A stretch of 42,151 nt of DNA from Seison nebaliae (Eukaryota), in contig JALJEE010001892.1 of assembly GCA_023231475.1 (NCBI GenBank), positions 1 to 42,151 on the forward strand, given 5' to 3'. The position numbers and the translations under genes were made by a program. Shown in pieces: positions 12,255 through 25,569 of this stretch (the first letter of the stretch is position 1; every line of letters begins with the position of its first letter). Under the pieces are notes generated by a model. The model ran no database searches, had not been told where the DNA came from, and saw only the letters and a program-made list of their open reading frames with translations.

Positions 12255-12390
12255 TTAGATTTAAGGAATTCGGAGTGAAATTCTCCACAATCTATTTATT
12301 TTTCCTATATCTCACTTCACACCTCTCACTTAGTTTTGATATTTTTTAAAAACTTTCCTAGAAATTTTTTTTTGGACAAATTGAAAAATT

Positions 12391-14511
12391 TTATGAATTG
12401 ATATTTGGGAAGGATTGGTTTGGAAATGCCACTGTCTTTCTTGGAAGAAAAACGAAGGAGAAACTTTGAAGAAAAAGTGCCGAAATAATTTTTTCATACA
12501 AAACTTCTCAACTGAACGAGATGTTGTCAAATTAATATCTCCTTCTTCGTCTTCTTCTGCTACTTCTTCTTCTTCTTTTTCTAAATGAGGAGATGTTGCC
12601 ATCGGACTATGTTCTCTCTCGTTATTATTCTCCTCCGATATATGTTCTTCTTCCAATTGGGGATTTGTTGAATGACATGGTTGAATTTCTTCCATTTCAT
12701 TCTCGTCATCCAAATTTTCACGAATTCTCCTCTCATATTCACTATCAAATCCATTCGTCCTCTAACCAGGAAGTGAGATGATTTTTCACTATGAAAAAAT
12801 TTCTAACTCTTTCACTCTCGTCCCAGAATAGAATTGGAGTTTTTTTCACTAGAAGTTTGTCATGTATTTCATCGGGTCGCATAAGTCGATCCTGTCGAAT
12901 GTTCATTTGGAAATAGAAAATTGTTCGTCCATCTCTTAGTAACAAGGAAGCTGTTGGTATGAATCTTTGAATGCGTTTTACCGATTTTTCCGTTTTGGCA
13001 AGTATGGATTTGAATCCATGCAATTCTTCCGTGGTCATCAAATATTTCAATCGACGTTGAAGAACTTCGATGGATTTTTCATCATCTAAAATTACTTCAC
13101 TACTTCCATCATCATCAACAGTTCGATTGTAATTTGTCTTTTCAACACGATCATCTTCTTCTTTCATATCCACTCTCAAATGACGAACATTAGTGAGACA
13201 ATAAACATATCGTTCTAACACATACCAATAAATATCGATTGAATATGGATATCTGGAATTTTTGACAATTTTCATTTTATTCTCAATATCTTCCACTTTT
13301 AATTGTCGTACTACATTATAAGAATGAAGGAAATATCCATAGAAACCAATAGAAGTCTCAATTGTCAACATCGAATATATCCATCCGCCAGGAATTATTA
13401 ATAAATCACCAGCATTCATATCGATCTTTTGAATTTCGTTATCGGAAATTTTCAAAAAAAAATCTCCTTTTCCTTCCTCCGTATTCAAAAGAAAATCTTT
13501 ATAGATTCGATAAATTGTACTTGTGTATTGACAGAAAATGAATTTTATATGACCACTCACCAAATAATACCAAGCACTGGCGCCGTTCATATCGAGATGG
13601 AAATCTTTCAGAGAATTTTTCGAATTCATCAAAAGAAATTTCCGAACTTTCGGATAACTTGATGTCAAATGATCATCAGGTGTTGGTAATTTGGAAGGTG
13701 GTGATAATAACGAAGATTTTGATGAAGATGATGGTAATGTTGATGGTGGTGATAATATTGATGGTTTTGAAAATGGTGATATTGATAATGATGATGGTGT
13801 TGGTAATAATGATGGTTTAGTTGAAGGTGTTGGTAATAATGATGGTTTTGATAATGTTGATGATGATATTGGTAATTTTGCCGACGATGATGGTGATGAT
13901 GATTGAAATGAATTATCAGATGTTTGTGACGAATGTCGACAACTGTTCTTCAGTGTACTCAAATAGAATTGTTCATGTTCGTCTAACACTTTCGGTGGCC
14001 AACATCTGTCGACCCAGTCGATTTCTCTCACAAATTTCGGTTGTCGAATTGAGAGTGACAATTTTGTATGTGATATTTCAAGTAAGTTTAATCGATAATG
14101 ATTTCCCATTATTAATTCATCAGAAAATTCTCCATTTTCTAAGTATGAAAAAAAACATTCTAACGTCACTTTCACCAATTGATTATCGTTGTCAATTAAT
14201 TCGACCACATGAATCATATCACAAATTTGATTGAATATGTCATGAAATAATTTTTCCGTTTTCATCAACATAGATATCTCTAAAATTCTTAAAGTTTCTT
14301 TAATTCCCTCATGTTTACTACTGATGAAAATTGGCTTCTTCATACCATTTTCCCTCAATAATTTCGTGTTTAATTTTGTCGGCGGAATTATTTGGACGAA
14401 ATCTCCATTATATTTTAAATAGAATCGACCAAAACGATTTACTTTAGAATGGTAACTAGAATTTTTTTTAACACCATAAAATGAGAATTCATCCTCCCTT
14501 AATCGCAACAT
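12391..14511 (-). CDS. KDM2 (JHDM1)-like JmjC protein, ~669 aa, degenerate catalytic site, no CXXC/PHD/F-box/LRR
   Basis: KDM2 motifs IDWVDRCWP, YPKVRKFLLM, DFHLD, IIPGGWIY, FLHSYN and WYVLERYVYCLTN. Exons 14511-12808, 12761-12505 and 12439-12391, joined by in-phase GTT..AG introns. The last intron is less certain; the alternative stop is at 12330. Confidence 0.85.
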
Positions 14512-15629
14512 TATCACATTAAGTTAGACCAATAATAAGCAACTATCAAGTAATTCTAATCGATTTGTTTAATCATTTTATAGACTCCCAAATTATTTAA
14601 CTGAAGTTTTAATTATTTAAAAAAACTTAAAATTCAAATTAAAACATTATTTATATTTCATCATCGAACACCATGGAGAAGAAGACTTCAAAGGTTTTGG
14701 TTACTAAGAATGACGTTAACGAAAAATTCTTAAAATTAATTTTATTATTATCTCATTCCCAACTTCGTAAGTCATTTATTACAACTTTACTTTTCTTATC
14801 ACATTGATGTATTGATTTAAAATTTCTCTCGGGTAGAGAGAAGGAGATGTCCCTTTACTAACAAAATTAGATCAGGTAAATTACTTCTTACATAATTTCT
14901 TTTCCCACATTTTAAATAATCATTAAACAACTTTAATACTTAACTTTAGCCATGATTTTTTTCCATAAATCCAAATATTATATTATATTACATTAATTTG
15001 ATTAGTTTAATTTACAGTCATCTAACAACTTGATAATTGATGGATGGCAGAAATTAATATTTTTCATTCTAATTGGTATTTTAATTAAAGTCAGTTATGG
15101 ATAACTATCCATACTTTCATATGGTATTCATTGGACGAAAGTTATTCAACTTTCTGAATCCTTTATATTGAATAATGTACTTCAAATTTTGGTATATGTC
15201 AGAAATTAGTGGACCTATGACTTGTTATGTTAACTCATTTCCTAAAATAAAATGTACAAATTTTTTTGTTACTAACATTCAAAGGTGTTGGAAATACGTT
15301 TCATTTTATCAATTTTTGATAGAAAAGAGAGAGTTCGGAAATACGTTCCTAGAACCATCTCTTACTACTTTGAATTGTTCGTCCTTATTCTTCTATTCTA
15401 TATAATAGTCACTATTAGTTCAATATGGACGGTTACTCAATATTGAATATTGTAACGGTTACACTATTAAGCTAGGATTAAAGCTAAGCATTTAATTCTC
15501 ATTTAAAGAAATTATTCCACTAAAAAATGCGCAATTTATTTTTAATGTTTGAAAAACTGAATCCGTTGAAACTGGGGGATTTACAGAATAATCTTATAAT
15601 ATGATGATCATATCGTAGTATTTGACAAC

Positions 15630-16658
15630 ATGCTAATATTCTTAATAATCATCTCAATGTTAAGTTAAATTCAATGTTGTTAAGCAAATTCATATTTTTT
15701 AATGTTGATTAAATCTAGAAATGATTTCATCAGGAACCGTGTTTAAACTACGATGTCGAGTAGATATGATCGGTATTAGTATCACTGATGATAGTGTAGA
15801 TAACTATGGGAGAATTTTTAAAAATTATGAAGTGCTGACCTTGGGATGTAGACGGTCAGGACCCACACCTGCCCATCTTCTTTTATTCGGTAAGTGTGTA
15901 GAAATCACTAAAAAGCCAATACCATATGAACCTGAGCTACTTTCTTATGTCCGATTCTTCGATCCACAAACGGACAACGCTATTGTTTACAAACTGCTTT
16001 GTAAAGCAAAAGCATATGGACAGATTCCACAAGTATTCATTTTAGAAGACAGGGGTTTGATTGAGATTATGTTATTATAAAATTGGTTTTTAGAAACGGC
16101 AGTTCTTCCACCTGATGATGAGAAATTGAATTTTGATTTAATGGTTCAACCTCACTGTAAATCAGATATGAGGAAAAAATATTTGAAATTAAGACAAACA
16201 AATTGCGATGGAACTGCGGAAACATGTCTGTATGGTATCTGTGCTTCAGCCCGAATAAAAAAATGTTGGTCCGCAAAATTTAGTGGGAAATGCACAAAAT
16301 ATCTTAACAAGAACGATTTAGATCTGATATTGGGACGTCCTTATATATCGCAAAGTGTCTAGTTAACTTAATTATAATATATTTATAAATAGTTTGGAAA
16401 ATAATTTCTTATTGAAAACATTTATTTAGTGACGACTACTTCATCCATTCACCTTCCTCGATAAATTGGGCTATCGACTACACAATCATGGAGATCTCTA
16501 CTGAAGGAATGACCAAAGATAACTATCCTCAATACATAGCTTGCGGAGATTACTCTAAAACCGGTAGTAATTACGACGAATATACACCCCGGACAAGTTT
16601 CGCAATTTCAATGTCGGAATCAGGGAAATGTAAAAAAATATTGAAACCAATTTCTTAA
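15630..16658 (+). CDS. Orphan secreted Cys-containing protein, ~288 aa, four exons
   Basis: Exons 15630-15663, 15719-16054, 16094-16361 and 16430-16658. Three GTT..AG introns (55, 39, 68 nt) join in frame and supply a signal peptide MLIFLIIISMLKMISSG. Confidence 0.7.
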
Positions 16659-16911
16659 CATTTGAAAAATGCACCGACGAATTAGATCAATGTTTATTTA
16701 TATTTAGCCGTTACCTTATGTTGAATTTCTTATTTTTATAAAAGTACTAACTTAAAATAATTGATTACTTCCAAAGCTTTTAATTTAATGCTAATAATTT
16801 AAATAACATAAATTATTTGACTAAAATATAATATGGTCACTATGCCAACCATTGGGTAAAATCATGTAAATTACCAATATTTTTTTTTAAGTATCACCAA
16901 TCCTCATAGAA

Positions 16912-19900
16912 ATGAATAATCATAACACAATCACTTCTTATCATCCAATGTTCGATGCTCAGAAATTGCTGAATGACCATTTGGAGAATGTGAGGAAAAA
17001 TTTCAATAAACATCCATACAACAATCAGGATGGAGTTATGTTCGACCAGCATATTTTTGATAAACAATTTAGCAACGACAAAGATAAAATTGGAACGGAA
17101 AGAATAAAGAAGAAAATTATGAAGAACCAAACGAAATTCTCAGATGTAAGTGAAGTAGAGAGATTACCCGATGACTTACCAGAAACTGAAGATACCGGTT
17201 TCTTGGCGAAATTACAAGAAAAGAAAGAAACAGAGTTTCTAGCACTTTGGACTGATATGAAAGACAATGTCGGGAAATTTATTGAAGAAATGAATAGCAA
17301 AATTATGGATTTTAGCGAAGTGAATTTTGGAGAAATGGAAAAAAACTTTGCAGCCATTCATGAAAAACTGAAAGAGAATGAAAATACTAAAAATGAAAAT
17401 GTGAAGCGACGAGACTTTACGGATTTAGAAGAGACTATTCGAGATAATATTGAAAAAAATAAAGAATTGACCAATCTGCTAGACAATCATATTTCGAGGA
17501 TTGATAAAGAAACTGTTCAAAATATTAATGATGTTGTGAACCGTGCGGCGGAAATCCTCAATCGAATATTTCTTTATGATACTGCTGATCTGGTTCGAAT
17601 GATAAAAGATGAAGCCGCAGTTAATTTTGATTTTCCTATTTAGCCTTGAAGGAAATTTCTTAGAATTTAAATGGACGTATTATCGAAAACCGATTAGCAA
17701 TGACGGAATTGAAGAAAACTTTATTAGTTAAAATGACAGAAAGAGAACACGGATATTTGACAATAGTTAATGATCGGTGCAAAAATTGGAAAGTTGAAAG
17801 AATAACTTTTTTTACCTGCGACTTATTGTTTATAATTTTTTTATCTCATAAAAGGTCAGAAATATATTTAAAACTTTCTAGAACTCTTTTAAATGACAAA
17901 CATGCGGAATTAGTTGGAAAAATTAAAACTTACCAAAAGAATAAATTATTCGATCGTCAACATGACGTGGCTATACAATTGGACGTGCATTTTCAATCAT
18001 TGCAGTTTCTTCTTTTTCCCTTTAGGATAATTCGTCACTGATCTTTTAATGTTTAAGGGAATTTATCCCACCAAAATATGGTCAAGGGGAAGTTTATAAT
18101 TGGTATCAGAAAGTCACCAATATTATAACGACCGCCGAACAAATGATTGACCAATCAAATAAGGTTACTATGGGAAAAATTAGTTATTTTGTTGAAGGAT
18201 TTTTGATGAAAGTGGAAATAAAAAAAGTTAAATTTCTCGAACAAATTTCAAATAAGCTTGTCAAAAACATATCTACTAATTTCATAGAACGATGTGATTG
18301 AAGGTGAAATTTGTGATGTGGATCATGTGACAGAATACTGGCAAGAACATGTCTTATCAAAATTGAGTGAGCTGGAAGTTGAATTGAGAGAAGAGGCACA
18401 AAACGAAACGGAAATGATGGAAAACTATTTTAAGGCAGTCAAACTAAAAACTTACGAAATTCTTGCTTTTATGGAAAGTTTATATTTCTTTGAATTAGTA
18501 AAAATTCTTAATTTCCATTCTTATAGAAATTACTGATATTTGGGATTTACAAGATCGTGACTTGAAACGACAAGAAGATAATTTTGGGAAATTATTAACC
18601 GATTTCACTAATGAATTCGATGTGACTCATAAAGTTATTCATTATATTTTAATTTATTTGATAATCAAAAATTTCTTTAATTTCGTAAAAATTGTGGAAA
18701 AATTTAATTTAATGATCTAAATAAATTTAAAATTAATTTTAGAAAAAAGAAGGAACATTAATGCAACAGATTGATATGTTAAGGCAAGCATCGAGTGAGA
18801 ATCAGTTGAATAACGAAATGGAGGTGATTTGTGATAAATTACAACTGGTGAAAAGAAAGTTTATTTTTAATTTCATTTAACAAATTTTGAAAATGAATAA
18901 AATAAAGTTTTTTAGAAAGATATGAAGAATTGGAAGCATTAATTCGATTTTATCATTATATGATCGCATCATCAGTCACCAAATATGAGAATAATATTTT
19001 CTTAAATTTTAAAGTTCGATCTGATAAAGAAAAATCTTCCACATCAGATATCGAGATTGAATCGGTGAGAACCGAAACAGTTGTAACAGCGACGGGAACC
19101 GCAGCGGTTACTCCATCTCATACGTCGAACATAATTCTCGATCCAACGGAAGTGGAAGAAGAAGTTTTAACACCAGAAGAAAAATTATTGAGAAAATATA
19201 GAAATAAAAATTTAGTTCGATTAGCTAAAGTGGTAAAGGAAATGGATAAGGATGATTTGTTAAAAGAATGGACAGAAAAGTCGCAAGAATATTTGAAAAT
19301 GTTGAAAAAAACAGAAAAGGGTGAGAGAATTGAGATTAGTGAAGATGTCAGTTTGTATGATTTGAAGGAGAAAAGTGTACAAAGTGGCAGTACATCAAGA
19401 TCAACATCGAATGATGTGGAACCATCAATATTGGAGAAGAATGATGATCAGACAGCTAATATGGAGGATGATGTGGAGACTGTACCAGATGAGAAAAGTT
19501 CACTGAATGAAGAAGTGAAAAAAGTAGTAGAATATTTCACCATGTCATCAGATGATTTACCAGAAATTATTAAAAATTTCGATATTAATTTATCCGATTT
19601 TGATACGTATAAGAATTATGTAAAACTTGGAACGTTACGTCATTTGTTCGATTGGAAGACTAATTCGAAGAAGAGAACAGACATGGCGATCGATACGAAA
19701 ATGAATCAAGTGGAAGAAGAGATGAGTATGAAATTGGATGTTCATCGAAGACGTTTGAAAAATATCGAAATGAATGTGAGGAATGTACGTGTCGCTGAAT
19801 TAGTTTGGCATGCGGAACGTATGCAGAGACACGTATTAAGTGTAAATGATCAATTGGATAAAATCTTTCAATTACACGAAGAAGAGAAAGTGAAGTTGGA

Positions 19901-22631
19901 GAGATCATATGAAGAATTTATGAAACAATTCGTCGATCTCTACGACGAGATTTGTTCGTGTAAAAGATCGGGAAAATTTGAAATTTTAATGACGAAAATT
20001 CAAGAGAAGAAAACCGACATTATTGAACGAATAAGAATAGCAACGCGAGATTTGAGGAAAACGACTGATGAAATGATGTTCAATTTGAGAACGGCCAACG
20101 CAAATTATTTGGATTCGTTGAAGTTTATTTATTTTTTGATTTACTTTCAGAAATTCTTCTTCTTTCCAGAGTTTTCGCAGAAGGTGGAAATTATTCATTA
20201 AATGAAATAAAAGAATTTAAAAAGAAATTAGATGAATTGAACGAACATATCGATGAGAAGGAAACAGAGGTCGTTTCCTTGATAGAAAAAACGGAATTGG
20301 AAATGATAAATAATTCGGAGAATGAAGTGAACAAATTCCTCTCTCAGTTTCCACATTTTTTAAATTTTGCTTCAAACTTTTCATTTATTTATAGATTCAA
20401 TTTAAGTAAATCCGAATTGGAATTTAATGAGACTTTAAGTCGATGGTTTCTGTTACTTCAAACAGAAATCAAGAAAGAAGTAAAAAAAAGTAATAATGAT
20501 AAAAAGGAAATTGAGGAGAAATGTAAAGAACTGACTAGACTCATGGACGATTGGAATTTCCCGTTGAAACGAACTCGTAAAGTTTGAACATAAATTTTCG
20601 ATTGAATTTTTTCAATAATTTCCCAGTTAAATTTTTGTAAAGTCGTCAAACAAGAGTTGGAAGAATTACATAAACTTATCATGGACAGAGCAACATATTT
20701 GGAAGCGTTAGCACAACGACAAAAAACTTCTACACATTATCTCCAAGGAAGTATCGCCACAGGTAATTTTTAAATTTTCAAAATTTTTTTTCTTACTATT
20801 ATGATTAATACGATATTATTCAGCATTACGATCTTCAACTTCAGTTAGTAAGAAAGATGGATTAGGGAAGAGTATTGAATCAGTAAACGTAATTCGAGAT
20901 ATTTTGCGGTTATTTCCTTTTTAATATTCTTTATTATTATTAGTAATTTCTTTATTAATATTTAAATTTATAGAATTGTACCAAATGTACCAACAAAGAA
21001 GGAATCGAAAGAAAAGAAAGGAGATTCAGGACAAAGTGGAATGGTTAACACACAAAATTTACCAAAGTTAAAATTACCATAAATTAAAAATTTAACAATA
21101 AAATTTGAAGAATTCGTACTCGTAATCAATTGGAGCAGTTATATGAATTATTCAAAGAGCCGGAGATGGAAGGCAAAAATTCTTTTATCCCCAAAATTGT
21201 CGGATATTTACGGAATGCTATTGAAGGAGTATTAACATTAGGCGAAGTTTTCATTCATTTCCGTTTTTCAGTTTTATCCAAACATTTCCAGACATTTTAT
21301 AAAACGTATAAAGGAAGAAATTCGAAAACGGCCAGAGTTGCTATTCAAATCAAAGGAAGTTTCGAAGAATTCTCTAACGCTGTCGTAGAAAAATTTACAT
21401 CTTATTTCAATCAATCTATCGAATATCAAAAATTTGCAATTAACGGTAAAAATTTTAATTTTAAATTTAACATTCAGTTAACAAACATTTTAAAGATTTC
21501 CGTGCCAGTTTATGTTACCTGGATGAAACTCTATTGGCCGATGTGTCAAAAATGGAGTTATTCGTACTGAAAACAGATTATGCTGAACAAATCGAAAAAT
21601 TGATAAATGAAACGATGAAAGATGTTGAGGACATTCTAGCCAAATCGTTCATAGATCATAAGATTACTAAGAAAGATCTTCGACCAACATATGGTCATCC
21701 GAATTATTTAGGAAAATTGGAGGAGATTAATTTGCTGGAAATTCAAAGAATGTACGATCTCCTTACCAACATTATTTCAGTCAATTACAATTCTCAAGTT
21801 TAAAAATTCAACAAATTTTCATTTATTTAAAATTCATTTATTTTAATTTAAGGTGAAGTTGCAACAACTTGCGATTGATTTCCTAACTACTTTAGAGTTT
21901 CAATTGAGAGCGAATCTTGATATCTTTGAACATTTCGCAGTTCCATCAGATATCATTGATACAGGTTTTCCAGTTATTAGGATATAAATATATGATAATA
22001 TGAATATCAGGAGTCGTCACTGAAACTACTACGGGCAATGCCCAAAAAAATTTAGTTAATGACCAACAAGTGAATCATATCGAGAATTTTTATCGAAGAA
22101 TTCGATTAACAAGTTCAATAAAATTTAAAAATTTTTCTTGTTTCCTATTATAGACGACGAAATAAAATTGAATGAAATCGACAAATTGGATGATATGTTG
22201 AAAGAGGAATTGAAAAATTTCCCGCAAATTGATTTAACCATCAAATCGACAACTGATGATTTACCGACGTTGAATAGCGAACTAAGAAAAAAATTAACGA
22301 TGAATGTTCAAGTGAAGAAACATACAAATTCTGCACATCTCTTAATCGAGGAACGAAATGAAATGATAAAAGTTTTTCTTGAAATTTCACTTAAAAATTT
22401 CATTTTATTTGAAAGATTTTTATGAAATTTTATCGACAAAGTTGGAAAGATTTACGATTGAAGAAACAAGAACAAATCCAACAAATTTATGAGCAGAAAA
22501 GAAAATGGGAAAATTCCATCGAAGCTATTAAACAACTTTATGTGGTTCCTGATGAAACGCCAATAAAACCAGTATCATCTTTAACGGACGAAACTCAAAA
22601 AGAGATTATTAGTGTGGCTAAAACAAATTGA
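16912..22631 (+). CDS. CCDC180: CCDC180 (CFAP76) coiled-coil motile-cilium protein, ~1565 aa, 20 exons
   Basis: Introns: 17620-17663, 17828-17881, 18005-18057, 18227-18287, 18478-18526, 18634-18742, 18859-18919, 20123-20169, 20347-20394, 20582-20626, 20763-20823, 20909-20973, 21067-21110, 21247-21291, 21446-21495, 21798-21852, 21965-22010, 22113-22153, 22372-22415. Exons sum to 4698 nt with an open frame. Motifs VRMIKDEAA, EFIPPKY, NVRVAELVWH, FAEGGNYS and LRPTYGHP match CCDC180. Confidence 0.88.
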
Positions 22632-22652
22632 ATTGAATTTCCGAATAAATTT

Positions 22653-23513
22653 TTATCTCCATCCATATTTTGCATATCTCGCATATAATTCATGTCCGAC
22701 AACCGCACGTCTCTCCATCATAACTCCCATGATCCATTTATAGTAAAAGAAAGAAAGAATGCCAACGAAGAGTAAAATGAAAAGGGGATAGCCGAAACCA
22801 GCTAACCAAATATATGCGATCTCTTTCGGATGATTACTCCAAACGGGAATATATTTAGTTGGATTCGGCATATGATAACGACGTCTAATTTTCGTATTTG
22901 TATAAGTTTTATTAAAAATTAACGGCAATTCACCAATCAAAATATCTAATTTCAATAATAAAATTCAAAATTGAATAGAATTGAATTACTTAAAATCAAC
23001 CGATATCTTTCAGATGAGGTAAATTGGCCTTATGAAATGCTTTCAAAACTAAATTTACTATAGTGGGAATCTTCTCTAACGTTTTGATTAGTTCATACAT
23101 CTGATAAGCTCGATGGATTTTCATTTTCATGAAATCCGGTTCCATCCAAATGACCGTCATGATAAATCGATAATTTTCATAATCTATATAATTATGTTTC
23201 TCATCTATGGGAATGACGGTGTACATTTGACCTTGGATATTCTCAATGGAGAAAACGGTTTGTAAAATAATCGGGAGGAACAACTTAAGGAATTAAATGA
23301 AACAGAATTATCATGATTTAACTTCAACTTGTTGAAAATGGAAAATTGAGATAACCACTTCGTCCTTCGCAAACTCTTCGAGATCTCGATCAGGATTCAT
23401 GTTAAATGAGAATATCGTATAATATTGACATCCATTTATCATCTCTTCCACATTAATGTTCGTTTTCCTGATATTTCCAATGTGAATTTTAAGAACAAAA
23501 AAATTAACTCCAT
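22653..23513 (-). CDS. Orphan single-pass membrane protein, ~230 aa, four exons
   Basis: Exons 23513-23509, 23467-23356, 23283-23001 and 22945-22653 (693 nt, open). Three GTT..AG introns. C-terminal hydrophobic segment IWLAGFGYPLFILLFVGILSFFYY. 5' end uncertain. Confidence 0.65.
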
Positions 23514-23769
23514 GCTCTAATCAGACTTGTCTGATAATAATTATTCGAATTAAATCCAAATCAAAATCCGCTTTAATTCAATAACTAAATTTCTAACTAA
23601 AAATAATTAAATTTCTAATTTGCATTTTATTCTCTAATAAAACGGAAAAATATCATTACTTAATGGAATAAGCAAATTGAAAAATTTGGAATTGGATTGA
23701 TTTGTTTAAATCGCAATGTTTTTTTGAGATTTTGGATTCAAAATACGTGAAATAATAACCAAATTTCCA

Positions 23770-25175
23770 TCAAACTTTTTTACCATACAGTTTCCCTCCA
23801 GTGCTCACTACTCTCTTTTTACATCGATTACATTTTGAAAAACAGGTAAGCACGATAAGAAGTATCGAAAACGCTATTAAATTCATAAGACCCAAAGGTC
23901 GTAATCGTTCAAATGGGTTATCTTTAATTCGTTTGTGAATTAATCGTTGATAGATCATTATCGACGGTTCTTTGAGAACTATAATTTCAGTTAGCATAGT
24001 AAAAGAAGATGTTCTCTAACAAAATCCTTTACCGTCCTTCCAATAATTTCCAAACCAACCAGAGGATAGTCGACGATAGAGACATAATTCGAATTTATTA
24101 AGAGGAAATATAAATAGTGAAGTACCAGGAATGACATTCTTCATTAGAACGTCTCTCATAGAAGAGAAATTACCAAAATATGAATATGAAAAATTAGCAC
24201 CGCCTTCTGCATAGATTTCGTCATACTTTCCTTTAAACAACCTCTTCACACAACTATGGACATAACTATGCACCTGTGAAATTTGTAAGAAAATGCTACA
24301 GAATTAACTTCAATATAAAGGAACATTTTTTTTCGATATAACTATCCTACAAATTGCTTCTTGTTTAAACATGAAAATCTGACTATCCGTCGACAAGAAC
24401 GCTATCGGGAAAGTTGGATCAGTATCGCTGAAAAATATATAAATATCGAAAATTTGATGCCACATAAATGGAATCATCTAAACTTAAAATGTATCGTTCT
24501 CAATTTAACCGAACTAAAATAATTGAAAGGTATTATTTGCCAAATTTGGAAAAATAAGGTACCAGTGTACTGACAACGGGGTGATAACTTGAGGAAGATA
24601 TAACAGGGGAACCATGGTATTAATCTTTTATCCAACATAAGCGTCATAATTTTATCGACAACTGATGATCAATTTTAAAATAGAAAACTATAATTATTAT
24701 GAAACTAAACTCTCTCGGAGGAAACTATATTGCCCAAATTCTCCTTTAGGTAGAGACTGTACAGCTTTAGATAATGATGATTTCCGGCGCATTTGAATCC
24801 GTTTTGACTCTCCTTCGAATGGGATACAGGTAACAGTGTTGACTGTTGAATTGTCAAAGTTATCCATAAAGCTGTATTGGTATTCTATTAAATTTACATC
24901 AAGATTAATTCGCACTATCATAACTTTTCTGAAATTTCACAATTAACATATACAATTATTATCAAAGGAAGTTCAAATGATGAGAGTACTAACCTGGAAG
25001 AACAATATGATGTTGTACTACCTACATAAAAGGATTGTCCTTCAAATTTTTCGCAGGTTTGATTAGGTTTAATTACGAATACTCGAGTATAATGGTGTTT
25101 GAAATGAAGCAACTTAATTGTTGAGAATAATATTAAGACACTTAATTCAATATCTAATGATGCACTACAAATCAT
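23770..25175 (-). CDS. Orphan protein with a C-terminal transmembrane helix, ~374 aa, six exons
   Basis: Exons 25175-24994, 24928-24711, 24661-24484, 24427-24343, 24273-24021 and 23978-23770 (1125 nt, open). Five GTT..AG introns. TM segment LIAFSILLIVLTCF followed by a Cys/basic tail. Confidence 0.65.
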
Positions 25176-25569
25176 CGTTGAAATAATTCGAACGGAAAAT
25201 TCAATAAATTATATATCGAAAATGATTTATACCTAAAAAATTATGTAAAAATTCATTAGTTCTCGTATGACATAAATAAAAAATTCATGTGTCTAACTGA
25301 AATACCGTTAACCAGAAGAAATATTCGTCAAATATTTCTCACATATATTAATTGTTACATATTATTAAATTGTTTAATCATCCTCTGGTCAATAATCTTT
25401 ACACATTGGCTGAATCCTTGTTTTCCAGTTCCTACCTAATATAATACTAGAAAGTTCGATACTAAGAAGGTCACCAATTAAGATGGATTGAAAATTAAGA
25501 TTGAATAATTTTTGGATTGCAATTTATATTTTTTTTAATTAAACGAATTTAAATTTAACAATTTTATTA

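Noticed and set aside
14673..15405. Short plus-strand ORFs and a signal-peptide-like stretch upstream of the 15630 gene
   Set aside because: Interrupted by stops, and no consistent spliced model could be built.
16630..16742. Extra intron giving the 15630 gene a hydrophobic GPI-like tail
   Set aside because: It is in phase but needs a T|GTA donor not seen elsewhere, and an in-frame stop at 16658 already ends the gene. Unresolved without RNA data.
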